From Eledone cirrhosa (taxonomy: Eukaryota), in NCBI GenBank assembly GCA_964016885.1, contig OZ024740.1, positions 225,804,001 through 225,868,000 on the forward strand: 64,000 nucleotides of DNA. Reading direction: 5' to 3'. Shown piece after piece: positions 26,208-39,559 of the stretch. The first letter of the stretch is position 1. Every line of letters begins with the position of its first letter. Under the pieces are notes generated by a model. The model was not told the DNA's origin and did not search any database. It saw only the letters and a list, made by a program, of their open reading frames with translations. The position numbers and the translations under genes were made by a program.

Positions 26208-29180
26208 TTTTTTATATATATTTTTATGTGTATTTCGTGTATACATTCGTATGCGTGCGGGTACAGGCGTTGCGTGGGTTGTGTATGTGCGTGCGGGTTT
26301 TTGTATACCTATGGCGAATGTTTTCGCGTATGCTTGTGTATGTACGTATATGGATGCCTGTATGTATTTATTTAATTTCAATTACCTCTGTAATTTATTT
26401 ACTTTATTCTTAACTCTGGAGCCGAGAATCATTCGGTTTCCTAGTTAGAATTTTAGTCTACGACTTCAGTTACACCATTTAGGTGGTTTTGTCTGTGCGT
26501 GCAATTGTTCTCTACGCCCAACATATGACGTATTATCTTCGTTTTTTCCGTTCATTGCCAGAGAACGTCTCTATGAACCACCTGATAGAATATTAATCTA
26601 CGACTTCTTTTATACTATAAACGTGGTTTTGTCTTTGCGTGTAATTGTTTTTCACTGCTCCAAATAATGACGTATTATATTCGTTTTTCCCGTTCTTTGT
26701 CAGGGAACGTTTCCACGAACCAAAGTATCGTCTTCCTGTCTCCCTCCGGTTGCAATGTTTTTTGAAATATTTACTTCTGCGTTCACAGATTGACTTTGTT
26801 AGTTTCAGAAGACCACGTTAAGGGTGAAAGCAGCGATTCTTTGCTTAAACTTTAATCTGTTATTTTAATAAATATTTGCTCTACGGTTCTTATATTTTTG
26901 ATATATATTTATCCTTATCGAGCCCTCTTTGGATTTTAGTCTCCAAAATTATCATTACTACTAGTTGGCTCCCTCGGTTGAGCACTCTATTGACTTATAT
27001 TCATCATGCAGAAACAACATCTGAATATTTCTACAAAGAACATACCCGTACCAAGCAGGAAAACATACCTAAAACTCCTGATACAGAAAACAGACGCGTT
27101 CATTAAAAGGTTGCGTTGGCGTGCCTTTTATTTCGATAATCAGGCAACAAACGAGATAAATTTGGGTTTAAAACCTATAATAACCCTGCGAGTAACCCAG
27201 CATTGATCCCCTTCGAAAATGATGTCTTGGAACTCATACGGAGTATCAAATTTCGGAATAGGAGCAATTCCTTCCAGCAGGACCTGAAGAATAGAATTCG
27301 TTCTATTAAGGATTCTAATGCCGTGCACGTCCATTCCGACAAAACTGGCAATATATACCAAGTGGAGCGCAGTACTTACCATCAACTGCTACATAATGCT
27401 GTAACTAAGGATTACCGTAAAACTAATCGGAGCATCATTAGTGAAATCAACGATGCTGGGTTTAAAATGACCTCTGATCTCAACATCCTGAACCGAACCG
27501 AACCTCTGGACCCTATTTCTCCCCACTTTACCCTGAATGATCACAAATCCAATTTTCCGAACAACCCCTCTATTCGGCTTATTAACCTTACGAAGTCCGA
27601 TTTAGGTAGACTTAGTAAAAGGATTCTTGATAGAATTATACCTGAAATTAGAAGTTTGGCCCCTCTTGCACTGTGAAACAATCCTTTCGCGGTGATTGAT
27701 TGGTTCAACGGCATATGCAACAAGGAACATTATCGTTTTATCCAATTCGACATCAATAATTACTCCTCCTCCATCACTTTACCACTTCTCCTTAGAGCTA
27801 TCAATTTCGCTAAAACCCTCACAGTGGTTAAGGATTTCGAAGTTGATGTCGGTGATTAATTTCGACGACTCTATTTGGATAAAAAATCTAATATTACCCA
27901 ATTCGACGTGAGTATGGGCGCCAGCGATTCTGCGGAGGTTACTGATCTTATCGACCTTTTCCTTCTTTTCTCTATCAAGGAAGAATTACCCAAAGTGGGC
28001 GGTGGTTTGTACCGTGATGATGGTCTTTTGACCATGACTAAGTGCGGCCCACGTGCTTGCGACAGGTTCAGAAAAGAACTCACAGCCTTCTTTAAAGGCT
28101 TCAACCTCTCCATACAGGTTGAGGCCAACCTCTCGGTCATTAATTACCTCGACGTTACCCTCAATTTATCGGATGGATTGCATTACCCGTATAGAAAGCC
28201 GAATGATACGCTTAATTACATAAGTAAGCATTCTAACCATCCTGCCTGCATAACCAAGAACCTGGTAAGAAACGTTTCTTTGAGGCTTTCCCGTCTATCT
28301 ACTAACGAGCATATCTTCAACGACCATTCCAGATATTACAATGAAGCTTTTGTTCGGAGTGGATTTGTCGATAAGGTAGCCTATACAGAGTACGAGAATA
28401 GACCTAGAAGAAATAGATCCCGGCGCATTATATGGTTAAACCCACCATATAATGTGGAGGTGGCCACACCATTAGCTAAGATCTTTCTCTCATTTATTAT
28501 GAAGCATTTTCTCCCTACACATAAATATAGTAAAATCTTTAATAGAAATACTATTAAAATGTCTTACTCTACGACTCCTAACCTTGCACATAACATCACA
28601 GCTTCAAATTTAGCTAAACTACCTAGCCGTAGGAACACGGGCAACCCTGTAGTTAGTACTAGCTGTAATTGTAGGAATCGGGTTGACTGCCCCCTATCCG
28701 GGAAATGCCTCTCTAGTACATTGTCTACAAATGTAAGGTTGAAGCACCCACATCTCGTAGGGCCTACATAGGGTTAACCACCAATAGATTCAAGCTGCGT
28801 CTTTACATGTGTACCCATTCTTTTCGTAACCCTTTAAGAAGGAATATGACATCACTTTCAGCTTATATCTGGGGTCTAAAAGACAACCACACTCAATATA
28901 AGTTACACTGGGAGATCCTAGCTAGGGCTAGATCGTATAACGGAAATAAAAGACCATGCGATCTCTGCGCCGCTAAGGCCCTGAAAATACTCTACGCCAA
29001 AGACCACATCTTAAACAAAAAATCTGAGGCAATTTCGGCTTGTAAACATAAATTGCACAAAACTTTCCTGTATTACTGGCTTCTCAAAAGAGTTTAGCAT
29101 GATGGACTTTTATTATATATGTATTACCCTAGTACATTAAATATTGATATAAAATACATACATACATTAAATCTATCTTA
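26050..29180 (+). mobile_element. Near-full-length Penelope-like element, frameshifted (ORF region 27006-29097)
   Basis: STKNIPVPSR, DKTGNIY, RLINLTKSDLG, QFDI, SMGASDSAEV, GGLYRDDG, NYLDVTL, CNCRNRVDCPLSGKCL, YIG, CDLCAAK..ILNKKSE. Confidence 0.92.
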
Positions 29181-29199
29181 TATTCAGCAATATATGATG

Positions 29200-29540
29200 T
29201 GTATGCATGGTCGCGTAAGGCCTGTAGGAATCAAAGGGGCACCGTATTGACATACGATGTTTCTAGAGAATTTTTCTTCATCTGGCGGAGCTCAATCCTC
29301 GCCCTGTCTGAATTCAGCAGATTTCTAGCGGGGATGGATAAAGAGTGAGAGAATAAAAGTACAAAAGAGATAAAGAGGAAGAATGGACCTCACTCAAAGA
29401 CTGGTTTTTTTTTGTCGATCTCGAATGGATGAAAGGCAAAATTGACCTCGGTGGGATTTGAAATAGAAGAGTATAGAGCCGAAACGAATATGGCAAAGCA
29501 TGTTTACCGACGTTCTAACGTCTCTGTCAATTCGCTGCCT
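29200..29540 (-). mobile_element. Family B SINE
   Basis: Head, Meta core and family B tail. Confidence 0.7.
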
Positions 29541-29856
29541 ATATTTGGTGTGTATGACTAAAATTATTTATTATCTAATTAAATACAATGTCAACACATT
29601 CACATTATGCAAAGTAAACTGGCTATTTAAGTCAAGATCTGATTTGTGTTTAGTATATAGTGCAATTGAATATGAGTTTTGTGTTCTTTTCATCTTATGT
29701 CTTACACACAAATGTTGGTGGAAAATGTAATGGTATAACCTTCAGATTTTCTGTGCATGAAGTGTACAGCGCAATATTTTCATGTTTATTTTAATTGATA
29801 CAGTGACAATAATTTTAAATCTCTTGTTATACTAACATCGTATGTATGTATGTATG

Positions 29857-30500
29857 TTTTCTCTTTCTCTTAATTTTGAGTATATTTTTTTGACCGGCCA
29901 CCTTCCTGGTGGCAAGGTTGTAAAAGAAAAGAAATTGTCATCCCTTGAATCGCAAGAATGTTTTGCAAATTTTGAAGGTGCCAGCTATCGCAGCCATTTG
30001 TAGACTATGAATTAGGGAGCTGCGCTTTTTGTCCGCAAATCCAAGTTCAGTCATACTTTGGTCCAAGCGGGTTGGTATATAACCCGTAGCACCAATAATG
30101 ATGGGTATGAAGCTAAAGGTGTATCTTGGATACTGGATTTGTAAACTCCTCATCAATGGTCCGTAGATGTCCTCCTTCTCCTGTATTTTTCTGACAACGT
30201 TTACATCAAGTGGGCAGCTGATCTCCACAACAGAACACGTTTTCAATGTGTGGTCCCAAACTACAATATCAGGCCGGTTGTGCTTTAATCTGGTGGCAGT
30301 TTTTATTTTCAGGTTCCACCAGTATTCTTTAGTGCCATCTGTCTCAATATATTCTTCCTCGTTTGTTGTTAATTTTGTTTTCCGAAGTGCGTTCCAGATG
30401 GTTCTAGCTATCCCATCGTGTCTCATGGGGAGGTAGTAGCGAGATGACATTCTTTCGCAGCTGGCAACAATGTGGCTTACATCCTCGATCTTTGTTTTAC

Positions 30501-30502
<2 letters not shown>
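29857..30502 (-). mobile_element. 3' fragment of an R4/Dong-like LINE inserted in (CATA)n
   Basis: EDVSHIVASC, RHDG, RPDIVVWD...VEISCP, KEDIY, PIIIGATG; (TATG)n on both sides. Confidence 0.88.
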
Positions 30503-30531
<29 letters not shown>

Positions 30532-30581
30532 TGTATGTATGTATGTATGTATGTATGTATGTATGTATGTATGTATGTATG

Positions 30582-31159
30582 TCAGGTCACTAGTTGGTGC
30601 TACTGGTAACATGTATCCCAGTACAACCTGTCTCAAGGTCGGGTCGTTGGCGATTAAACTAGCAACCCCACCAAGGTTTCTTGGTGAGGAGGGTGATTTT
30701 GGACATCCTGCAGGAATAAAAACTAAACCCGTCAAAGTGCAAAGGAGCTCTTAAGAGTCAATGGCCATCCAAAATCACCGGGAGAGATGACACATTAGCC
30801 TTTGTCAAGGCAGAATTCTAGGAGAAGGAAAACTCTGATATAACACCTGCAACCCTGATGGTATCCAATGATGTTGACTTGTTCTTCTTTTTTGTAAATA
30901 TCATCTTGGTTAAGAGAGTGGGACTGGCTTTGTGCAGTGCCTTTGCTCACTATAAAAGCTTCACGGCACAGGCATTGCTTTATATCTGGAGATCTCTCTG
31001 CACTTGTCGTCACATGGTACCATGGGCCAGCAGTATGTACCAGAGTTTTCAAGTCGCTGGCTGGACTAAAAAGTCACACTTGTTCAGCGCATCGGAACGG
31101 GCTCTCCTACATGGATATAAAGTAGTGGCCGTACTCGAAAACGAGTTGGCAGCCACCAT
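30582..31159. mobile_element. Unclassified ~575-bp GC-richer insertion within (TATG)n
   Basis: Sharp boundaries to (TATG)n on both sides; no recognisable ORF. Confidence 0.5.
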
Positions 31160-31174
31160 GTATGTATGTATGTA

Positions 31175-32168
31175 CTTCTGGTTTTATAATTTCACAAATG
31201 TTTACCAATAGAGAGAGATTCGGTTTCTAACATAGACACAAGACTCTCTCTCATTGGAATTTACACAACATCAACTAGGTAGATTATGTATGCATGCATG
31301 CCTGAATGCATTCATGTGTAGATATGGATGTTATTGTATGTGTGGATGTGTATGTTTTGAGTTGTATGTGTGCATGTGTATATGCTTTGTATCCGTACAT
31401 GTGTATATGGAGTTATTAGATGCAAAGTTCTTGGAATGTTTTACATATTGCTACTGTTCCATTAATGGATTGTACTTGTAATGTCCTAACTAGTTGTGTT
31501 CTTTCTGTTCCTGTGAAGAATATCTTCTCAAGGTTTGTATTGGGGCAGTTACTAACATACCCCTGTGCCCCAATAATGACAGGTATAAATCAGAAGGTGT
31601 AATCAGGGTGGAGTATTTGCAGATTTCTCATCAGTTCTGCATAAATATTCTCCTTTTCGCTGATCTTTGATATTATATTGGCATCTCCTGGGCATCTAAT
31701 TTCCACTACTGTGCATGTTTTCTTCTCCCTGTCCCATATCATAATATCTGGTCTGTTATGCCTGCATTTTATTGGGGTTTTTACTGGAACATTCCACCAG
31801 TGCACTTTCATATTATCTACATAGATGTCTTCCACATTACTGTAGCTTTTAATGTGTTTATTATATTTTCTACGGATTGCATTGTACAGTGTTTTGGCCA
31901 CAACATCATGCCTCATAGGTAGATAGTACCGCGATGATATCTTTGGACAGCTGCTGATGAAATGGGTGACATCTTCGATGTTAATTCTGCAGAGTCTGCA
32001 CTTGTTATCACATCTAGATGTTTTGCCTGCATCCCTATCTCTTTTGTAAATCAGGTATTTCGTGTTAATTTCCTGTTCTTGGATTGCAAAAGCGTATCCT
32101 TCAAAGTGGGAGCCAATATAGCGGTTGTTGGTCCAAGATAGACTACTTTCCTTATCTATATTACTCTA
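31175..32168 (-). mobile_element. R4/Dong-like LINE 3' copy 1 (~1 kb)
   Basis: CRLC..EDVTHFISSC, RHDVVAK, RPDIMIWD..VEIRCP; 3' UTR ends in (CATA)n. Confidence 0.9.
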
Positions 32169-32199
32169 TATTATGTATGTATGTGTGTATGTATGTATG

Positions 32200-33188
32200 T
32201 TCTTTTGGTTTTATATTTTCACAAATATTTACCAATAGAGAGAGAGAGTCGGTTTCTAACATCGACACAAGACTCTCTCATTGGAATTTACACATCAACT
32301 AGGTAGATTATGTATGCATGTATGCCTGAATGCATGCATGTGTAGATATGGATGTTATTGTATGTGTATATGTGTATGTTTTGATTTGTGTGTCTGCATG
32401 TGTATATGCTTTGTATCTGTACATGTGTATATGCAGTTATTAGAAGCAAAGTTTTTGGAATGTTTTACATATTTTTACTGTTCCATTAATGGATTGTACT
32501 TGTAATTTCCTAACTATTTGTGTTCTTTCTCTTCGTGTGAAGCCTAGCTATTGAGGCAGTTACTAACATACCCCAGTGCCCCAATTATGACAGGCATAAA
32601 TCTGAAGGTGTAATCAGGGTGGAGTATCTGCAGATTTCTCTTCAGTTCTGCATAAATATCCTTCTTTTCGCTAATCTTTGATATTATATTGGCATCTGCT
32701 GGGCAGTTAACCTCCAGTACTGTGCATGCTTTCTTTTCACTCTCCCATATTATAATATCTGGTCTGTTATGCCTGCATTTTATTGGGGTTTTTACTGGAA
32801 CATTCCACCAGTACTCTTTCATATTATGTATATGGATGTCTTCCACATTGCTGTAGCTTTTAATGTGTTTATTATCGGGGCTATCTTTTCTACGGATTGC
32901 ATTGTACAATGTTTTGGCCACTACATCATGCCTCAGAGGTAAATAGTAACGCGATGACATCTTTGGACAGCTGCTGATGACATGTGTGACATCTTCGATG
33001 TTAATTCTGCAGAGTCTGCACTTGTTATCACATCTTGATGTTTTGCCTGCATCCCTATCTCTTTTGTAAATCAGGTATTTCGTGTTAATTTCCTGTTCTT
33101 GGATTGCAAAAGCGTATCCTTCAAAGTGGGAGCCAACATAGCGGTTGTTGGTCCAAGATAAACTACTTTCCTTATCTATATTACTCTA
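32200..33188 (-). mobile_element. R4/Dong-like LINE 3' copy 2 (recombinant of copies 1 and 3)
   Basis: Same family and same 5' junction as copy 1. Confidence 0.9.
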
Positions 33189-34194
33189 TATTATGTATGT
33201 ATGTGTGTATGTATGTATGTTCTTTTGGTTTTATATTTTCACAAATATTTACCAATAGAGAGAGTCGGTTTCTAACATAGACACAAGACTCTCTCATTGG
33301 AATTTACACATCAACTAGGTAGATTATGTATGCATGTATGCCTGAATGCATGCATGTGTAGATATGGATGTTATTGTATGTGTATATGTGTATGTTTTGA
33401 TTTGTGTGTCTGCATGTGTATATGCTTTGTATCTGTACATGTGTATATGCAGTTATTAGAAGCAAAGTTTTTGGAATGTTTTACATATTTTTACTGTTCC
33501 ATTAATGGATTGTACTTGTAATTTCCTAACTAGTTGTGTTCTTTCTCTTCTTGTGAAGCCTAGCTATTGAGGCAGTTACTAACATACCCCAGTGCCCCAA
33601 TTATGACAGGCATAAATCTGAAGGTGTAATCAGGGTGGAGTATCTGCAGATTTCTCATCAGTTCTGCATAAATATCCTTCTTTTCGCTAATCTTTGATAT
33701 TATATTGGCATCTGCTGGGCAGATAACCTCCAGTACTGTGCATGCTTTCTTTTCACTCTCCCATATTATAATATCTGGTCTGTTATGCCTTCATTTTATT
33801 GGGGTTTTTACTGGAACATTCCACCAGTACTCTTTCATATTATGTATATGGGTGTCTTCCACATTGCTGTAGCTTTTAATGTGTTTATTATCGGGGCTAT
33901 CTTTTCTACGGATTGCATTGTACAATGTTTTGGCCACTACATCATGCCTCAGAGGTAAATAGTACCGCGATGACATCTTTGGACAGCTGCTGATGACATG
34001 TGTGACATCTTCGATGTTAATTCTGCAGAGTCTGCACTTGTTATCACATCTCGGTGTTTTGCCTGCATCCCTATCTCTTTTGTGAATCAGGTATTTGGTG
34101 CTAATTTCCTGTTCTTGGATTGCAAAAGCGTATCCTTCAAGGTGGGAGCCAATATAGCGGTTGTTCGTCCAAGATAGACTACTTTCTTTATCTA

Positions 34195-35104
34195 TTAGGT
34201 TGGGGAATAAGTTGTGACCGTTTTTATTAAAATTAAAAAATGTATGGAGAAAGGGAAGACATCTGCAAATCTTTTATGTTTGTTCAATGAGATTTTATTG
34301 CTCTAAAAGATAGCGTCTTTGTCTTTTTAATTTCATTGCTTTTCATTCAGTTTCAGAGCATTAAAATGGAATGTCAAGTGAACAGAATTGAACATTTTCG
34401 ACGCTTTTTGCTTTTTGCATTTAATCGAGGTTTTAACGCCGCCAAAGCCTCTCGTGAGACTTGTGACCTGTATGGAGAAGGAGCAATGCCTCAATGTACC
34501 GCCCGCCGTTGGTTTTTATCTTTAAAAATAGAAATTTTGAGCTTAAGGACGGATCACGCTCCGGTCGACCAATTGAATTTGATAAGGAGCGATTAAACCA
34601 ACTTCTTCACGAAAATCCACGTCAGACGACCAGAGAATTGGCCGAACAGATGAATTGTGACCATAAAACTGTGGTAAATCACCTTCACCCAATGGGCAAG
34701 GTTCAGAAACTTGGCGCATGGGTGCCACACGCTTTGAGCGAAAACAACAGAAAACAACGCTCCACGATTTCCGCCAGTTTTCTCGCTCGACATGGCTTAA
34801 CACATCCCCCATACTCTCCAGACTTGGCACCATTAGATTTCCACCTCTTTCGATCACTTTCGAATGTAGTGCGCGGTGTATCGTTCAATAATAATGTGGA
34901 ATTGAGCGCTTGGTTGAACCAATTCTTCAGTTCAAAACCGCCAAGCTTTTATCGCCAAGGCATAGATAAACTTATTGAACGGTGGGAGGGGGTCACCAAC
35001 AACAACGCAGATTATCTTGTTGACTAGTTTTATGCAATTTAACATTGTAAAACTATGACAATAAAATATTTTGAAAAACGGTCACGACTTATTCCCCAAC
35101 TCAA
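34195..35104 (+). mobile_element. Internally deleted mariner DNA transposon (910 bp) with TA target-site duplication
   Basis: TIRs TTAGGTTGGGGAATAAGTTGTGACCGTTTT and AAAACGGTCACGACTTATTCCCCAACTCAA; transposase motifs RSGRP, WVPHAL, HPPYSPDLAPLD. Confidence 0.95.
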
Positions 35105-37519
35105 TATATTACTCTCACCCTGGAGCTTCCTGGCAACATATCCATGTATGATTTTTTTGCTGATAATGATGCAGTTTTTCATCCATGGATTCACTGTGGT
35201 ACTGCTGCGCCACTTCTCTGGGTGTGAGTTTTGATTATCACACAGGGAATATCTTTCAAGGAGTTCCTTCCCAACTCTCATGATCTTATCTGTTTCATGC
35301 AGATAGACTTGCTCGAGAGACTGGCTTCTCGCTTCGAGGTTTGTAGATGTTGTCGGAGGGTATGATGCGACTTTCAAATGCTGACACTGGACTGATTTTA
35401 GGCCTCTGCCTCCCTGCTTACGTTTCAAGTAAAGGCAGTCTATGTCACCGTTGATGTGGAAGTTTCCGGTGTTGTTTAGTATTTTTCTAGTTTCAACATT
35501 AACTGCTCGGATTTCGTCTATCGTCCAATTGAGTATTCTAAACGTTGGTGTTAGGACAAGCACAGCAAACACATTGTGAGCCACTGTTTTGTTTTGCGCA
35601 GAGAGTTCCGATAACCAAATCTTGCTTAATCAGGTGTAGTATTCCCAGGTTACGCGTTCCTTATTACAGATACCATTATAGGATATGTTCTCCTCTATCC
35701 CCAGGTATCTGTAGCAGTCCTCATCAGATATCGGTGAAACAGTTAGGCCATTGATGACAATGTTGCTAGATTGGGTTGTTTTTTCTCCGCTTTACAGTCA
35801 TGTATGAGCATTTATCATGGCCAAACTCCATTCCTATATCCTTTAAGAACGTTATAACCAGGTCAAGATTTTTCTTCATCCCATCCATGTTCTTGGCATA
35901 GAGTTTCAGATCATCCACAAAGAAATTATGGGTTAGGTTCGTATGTCTGTCCTCCTGTGAGCCAATGATGTATCCTTCACATTTCTTGAGCAGAAAGGAG
36001 AAGGGGTTTAATGACAAGATGAATAATATCACAGAGAGACTGTCTCCCTGAAATATACCTCTGCAATATTTTATTTTATCAGTGAAAATAGAGTCCTCCT
36101 TCTCTGCCTTTAACCTTAGGATAGTAGCCCAAGAAGAAGACAGCTTCTCTATGGCTCTGATAATAATGCCTGGGACTTTAGCAAGTTGGAGGGCCTCTAT
36201 CATCCAAGAGTGGGGAACAGAATCGAAGGCTTTCCTGTGGTCCAGCCGGACTGTAGCCATATTCCTCCTAAGTTGTCGCACCTCTGACATCGCAGTTTTG
36301 TTGATTAGTTGTTCAGCACATCTCCAAACCCCTTTCTTTCCCGCTGCTTGTTCATCTGTGATGATGTTATTATTTTCACAGTGATCTTGGAGGAATAGGT
36401 TCAGGCAGGCTGTATACATCTTATACATCAGGTTCTGGCATGCAATGGGTCGGTAGTTTTTTGCCAAGTCGGTGTCTTTGTTCTTGGAGACCAGTAACGT
36501 TTGTGCTAATGTCAACCATTCTGGTATAAGTGTATCTCTCTTAAGAACTTGTTGGTAGAGGTCAGTAAGATACCTCCGATAGAATATAATTTTTTGTGCC
36601 AGTAGCCGACAATCATGTCTCTTCCTGGTGTTTTCTTATCTTGGAGTTTTCCTATCACAGTCTCAAGGGTACCCTCACTTATTTCGTATGTTTTTGTTGT
36701 AGTGTAGGAGCAATAGCTCTGTCGGATTTCTTTTAGCCACACTGCATCTTGGTTGAAATTCTTCTTTTCACCCCATAATTTTCTCCAAAAGGAATCTATG
36801 TCTTTCTGAGATGGCGCCTCACTGACACTTATTATTTTGCTCTTCATATCTCTATAGACTGATGTTTGGTTTCGTCTGAATATTTTATTAAGCATTTTTC
36901 TTTCATCTAACTTCTTCAGGTATCGGCGTTTTTCGCTAACAGCTCTCAATTCTTGTTTGTGGGTGATCAGCTTAGATTGAAGTGTTCTGGTTCTACTGTT
37001 ACCAAACATCGTCTCTATTTCATTTTTCACTCTTTGTAGATAAGGAGTGAGGTTTTTTGTGTTTGTTTGCATGTAAGGAGCATTGTCACATGTCCTATGG
37101 TTTTTCGTAGGTCATCAATCTTTTTTTCTATTTTAGTTATATATGATGGTATTTTTGGTGGTGTTTTGTTCTTGTTAATATCTCTGCTATCACCAAGATA
37201 ACGCTTCACTGTCGTTGCTAAGGCATATAAACAGGCGTTGATTTGCCAAAATGTTAGGGTTTCCATCCGTCGTAAATATTCATCCCCTATTTCTTCAATA
37301 ACACGAAATATATCATTATTTGTTTTTTTTTATAAAATATTGTTGTTTTAATACATCCAGCAAGAGAGATATTTATACATGAATTAATTTCTCTCTTGAA
37401 GATTTCGTTGGGGGAAATTTTCAATTGTTTATACTTTAGATTATTATCATTATCGATAGTATTTTCCACAATAGTCGAGGTAGACTCGGATGGTATACGT
37501 TTTGTCAAATTTCTTCGAT

Positions 37520-37700
37520 TATTGGCAGTATCGGTAGAGAGTCGGACGTCATGATTTCCAGCATAGTTACGTCCCTTTACGGTCTGAGTTCAAATCCCGC
37601 CGAGGTTAACTTTGCCTTTCATCATTACGTGGTCGATAAAATAAAGTACCAGTAATGTACAGGGTATTTGATGGCCTTGTGCCAAAAGTAGAAACAATTA
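37520..37700 (+). mobile_element. Family A SINE nested in the LINE
   Basis: A-box, B-box, Meta core and tail. Confidence 0.88.
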
Positions 37701-38464
37701 TTAATATCGATAGTGTTTTCTCCAGCATTCGAGGTAGAGTTTGATGTTATACGTGGTGTCAAATTTCTTACAGGCATAGTTGTTTCAAGGCACTGTTCGA
37801 CCTGGCTGCTAGGAAGTCTAGTAGCATGGTTACCTGTAGTACGTGTTGTTGCATCCATGTTTGTTGTGGGGCACTTACAATTAATAATATTTATCTTATA
37901 TTTACGTTCAACAAACGTCGCTTGTTGGCGTAATTGTTTCGCTGTGAAATAATTTAGCTCTGGGTGTATTTCGTCCCAGTGTAGCTTCATTCTGTTCATA
38001 TAGCCAATGGAGGGATTGTTTTGTGCCATTTTATAACAATTAAATAAATCATCATTAAGTTCGCAACTCCAAGATAAATGCGATTTATAATTTCGATTTC
38101 TTCTGTAGCTACAACTGAATAAATTATGTTTACCCTTTTCGTTGTTTTTCTTCGGTACTTCTTTAATGTTGTTGATGCTGTTGTGTTCAGCCATTCTGTT
38201 TGTAGCAAATCCTTGTAAAAGGAATTATGTATTTAGTTGGATATCTCTACGAATTCAAATAAAATGTGTCTTCATTGGATATAGTTTGAAGAATAACCAG
38301 TTATTCAACATGACTGGTAGTTGTGGCATTACTGGTGGAGATAGTATTCATCTTGAATTTAATGAATAGTGTCCCACATCAAAATATGCGACTGACCGAC
38401 TGACTGTATGTATGCATGTATGCATATATGTATGTATGTTTGTATGTATGTATGTATGAATAAA

Positions 38465-39000
38465 AATATAATTTCACAAAGTTTTACCAATAGAGAGAGA
38501 GTCGGTTTCTAACATAGCAACAAGACTCTCTCATTGGAATTTACACAACATCAACAAGGTAGATATGTATGTATGCATGCATTTGTAGATATGGATGTTA
38601 TTGTATGTGTGGATGTGTATGTTTTGACATGTATGTGTGCATGTGTATATGCTTTGTATCTGTACATGTGTATATGCAATTATTAGATGCAAAATGTTTG
38701 GAATGTATGTATGTATGTTCCTCTGGTTTTATAATTTCACAACTTTTTGCCAATAGAGAGAGAGTCGGTTTCTAACACAGACACAAGACTCTCTCATTGG
38801 GAATTTACACAACATCAACTAGGTAGATATGTATGCATGCATGTGTAGATATGGATATTATTGTATGTGTGGATGTGTATGCTTTGAGTTGTATGTGTGC
38901 ATGTGTATATGCTTTGTATCTGTGCAGGTGTATATGCAGTTATTTGATGCAGAATGTTTGGAATGTTTTACATATTTTTACTTGTAATTTCCTACCTAGT
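38465..39000 (-). mobile_element. Two further short 3' UTR copies of the (CATA)n-associated LINE (38465-38705 and 38718-39000)
   Basis: Match the 31175 and 32200 3' UTRs; separated by (TATG)n. Confidence 0.85.
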
Positions 39001-39078
39001 CGTGTATGTATGCATGTACGTATGTACGTATGTACGTATGTATGTGTGTGTGTATGTATGTATGTATGTAAGTATGCA

Positions 39079-39115
<37 letters not shown>

Positions 39116-39559
39116 GTGTGTATGTATGTGTGTATGTGTGTGTGTATGTATGTATGTATGTATACATGCATGTATGTATGTGTGTGTATGTATGTGTGTG
39201 TATGTATGTATGTATGTAAATGTATGTATGATCATCTCGATAATTTTGTGTTCTTTAAAGCTTGTAGTTATTCATTTCAAATATGCCTACGTTTATGAAG
39301 AATGTTATAATGTATATAGTTATTGTCATGAGAGCCATTATTTCTTAATTGGACATTTAGAAAGACATTTCTACTGATTACGACTTCACAAATAATGAAC
39401 AATTTCAATACATATTTACAATTATTAATGTGCGCAGATATGTATAGGAAGCTTAGAAGATTGCTTAGCAAACTCGCAGTTCTGCATTCGATCCCATTCC
39501 TGGAATAAACAGAGTGAGGGAGAAAAATTATTTACGTTTAGTTACCTCCATCTAGAATC

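Larger units (their letters stand above)
33220..38405 (-). mobile_element. Near-full-length R4/Dong-like LINE (copy 3), decayed, interrupted by a mariner and a SINE
   Basis: N-terminal W..E.N..L..CY region, NYRPIAC, D.RKAFDSVPH, GIFQGDSLS, FFVDDLKLY, LYLKRKQGGRGL, CCHC and RLE; (TATG)n at both ends. Confidence 0.92.

Noticed and set aside
31175-34194. CRISPR-like or satellite array
   Set aside because: Units are ~1-kb LINE 3' ends with no repeat-spacer structure; the context is eukaryotic.
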